Positions 34,200-35,503 of a DNA stretch of 35,503 nt are shown here, piece by piece (positions within the stretch are counted from its first letter, which is position 1; every line of letters begins with the position of its first letter). The position numbers and the translations under genes are program-made. The DNA comes from Chiloscyllium plagiosum (taxonomy: Eukaryota). Where the stretch lies: contig NW_025214404.1 in NCBI RefSeq assembly GCF_004010195.1, positions 1-35,503 of the forward strand. The letters are read 5' to 3'. The notes below the pieces were generated by a model that was not told where the DNA came from, made no database searches, and saw nothing but the letters and a program-made list of their open reading frames with translations.

Positions 34200-34660
34200 A
34201 AAACAGAAGTACTAGCACAGCATTTGAGTTTCACAAGAATATAAGAGAGTCTATGTATTCTGGATGGTGAAACATCGGAATTGGATTTTATTGAAACACA
34301 GTTAAAGTAGCATGAACTCAAAGAAAACCTACAAAGTTCCAAAGAACAGAAAATACAAAGAATAGGAAATGGAATTAAAAGGTCAGGAAATGGAAGTGAG
34401 AAAACCAGAATTAGAATTGCAAAGGGAAAGGAGAGAGAGATCAGAAATATTTCCTTGAAATGTTTTTTTCAAAAAGTCAAAGTGATGATGCAGCATCTGA
34501 TGGCAAGAATCTGAGTCACAATCTAAAGTCCTGTAAAAAATTGTATGCCAACCCTACCTTACTTTGAGGAGGTGGACATGGAGGCATTCTTTATGTCTTT
34601 TGAGAAAATAGTGAGACAGATGAATGAGGCAACAGGAAACTGGATGTTACAGAGTAAGTT
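34200..34660 (+). mobile_element. Gmr1-like Gypsy gag fragment
   Basis: From 34545: MPTLPYFEEVDMEAFFMSFEKIVRQMNEATGNWMLQSK, preceded by a decayed coiled-coil-like (ELKIK/LELQRER-type) stretch. Confidence 0.65.
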
Positions 34661-34840
34661 CCTGTCAGGTCAAAGGGCAAGGATAGCAGGAGGAGGGAAC
34701 CCTGGGTGACAAGAGATATTGAGGCTTTGACCAGAAAAAATCAGGAGACATGGCTCAGGGACAGGCAGTTTGGATCAAGGGAATCCCTGGAGGTATGTAA
34801 GGATACACGGATTTATTGAAGAAGAAAATCAGGAGGACAA
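34661..34840 (+). mobile_element. CR1 ORF2 linker fragment
   Basis: VKGKDSRRREPWVTRDIEALTRKNQE. Confidence 0.75.
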
Positions 34841-34842
34841 CT

Positions 34843-35503
34843 GCTTTATATGCTGTTGGGGAAAAAAAAGTCAAAACAACAGCAGTTTAAAAGGGAGAAG
34901 AGAAGACAAAGGAAGCACATGGTGAGGACAGTGCAGGAGAGAGAGAGAGAGAACCTGCACAGTTACTGCCTTTGCTGTTTGAATTCGTGTATCGCTGGAC
35001 ATCGGAGTGCATCTGGGAAAATTAACAAACAGTGAAATTCACAACTAATCTTGGAGGAACTGTTGGGCGAAGTTCACAGCACAGAATCAGATAAGTAATT
35101 GTTTTTTTTAAGTCTATCCAAGAGAGAGGCTGTATTAGTGAGTACAGTGGGTTCTTTCTTGATTATATGTTTTTGGAGACAAGTCTCTTGATTAAATTTA
35201 AAATATAAGCCATCGCTATTAATTTAATCTGGGGCAGTGTTTGTAGAGGAATAAGATGGTGTTATTTTCTGGGTCTGTAGATTGTGAAGGAGCAAAAATG
35301 GCCTTTGCAGTGATATGTACTTCTTGTCAGATGTGGGAGTTTAAAGAGAGTTTAAGGGTTACTGCGGATTATAACTGCCATAAATGCTATTGGATGCAAA
35401 TCTTATCAGATCGAGTGGATCAGTTGGAGAGACAAATAGAAGCGATGAGGAATTTGCAACAGCTACAGTATGTGATGGATGGCAGTTACAGGAAGGGGGG
35501 AAA
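34843..35503 (+). mobile_element. 5' end of a CR1 LINE: probable 5' UTR and ORF1 start (ATG 35298), running off the window
   Basis: MAFAVICTSCQMWEFKESLRVTADYNCHKCYWMQILSDRVDQLERQIEAMRNL: CxxC-x16-CxxC zinc finger followed by a leucine-zipper-like helix, typical of CR1 ORF1. Confidence 0.8.

Overview
Repeat-dense eukaryotic DNA, almost certainly from a cartilaginous fish. HE1-type V-SINEs, CR1 LINEs and Penelope-like pLTR families suggest a bamboo/carpet shark, but the species is an inference. The only host protein-coding sequence I can support is one large internal exon on the minus strand (23856-25116) of a CSPG5/neuroglycan C/CALEB orthologue, so most or all of the window is probably CSPG5 intron. 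The rest is nested retroelement debris: CR1 LINEs of several ages, HE1 and other tRNA-derived SINEs, Penelope-like elements with a GIY-YIG domain, and Gypsy/Gmr1 gag remnants plus an LTR. There is an assembly gap at 14053-14255. The most notable observations are: (i) at least four families of short Penelope-derived insertions, mostly target-site-duplicated and often palindromic, that carry minimal type I hammerhead ribozyme cores; (ii) a 1.5 kb CpG-rich block with convergent tRNA-Met(CAT) and tRNA-Ala(AGC) genes inserted into a CR1 RT motif; (iii) a non-coding repeat family with a YY1-like head and a LINE-like tail; and (iv) a 98-bp locally templated insertion. All family assignments come from recalled motifs; no database searches were run.
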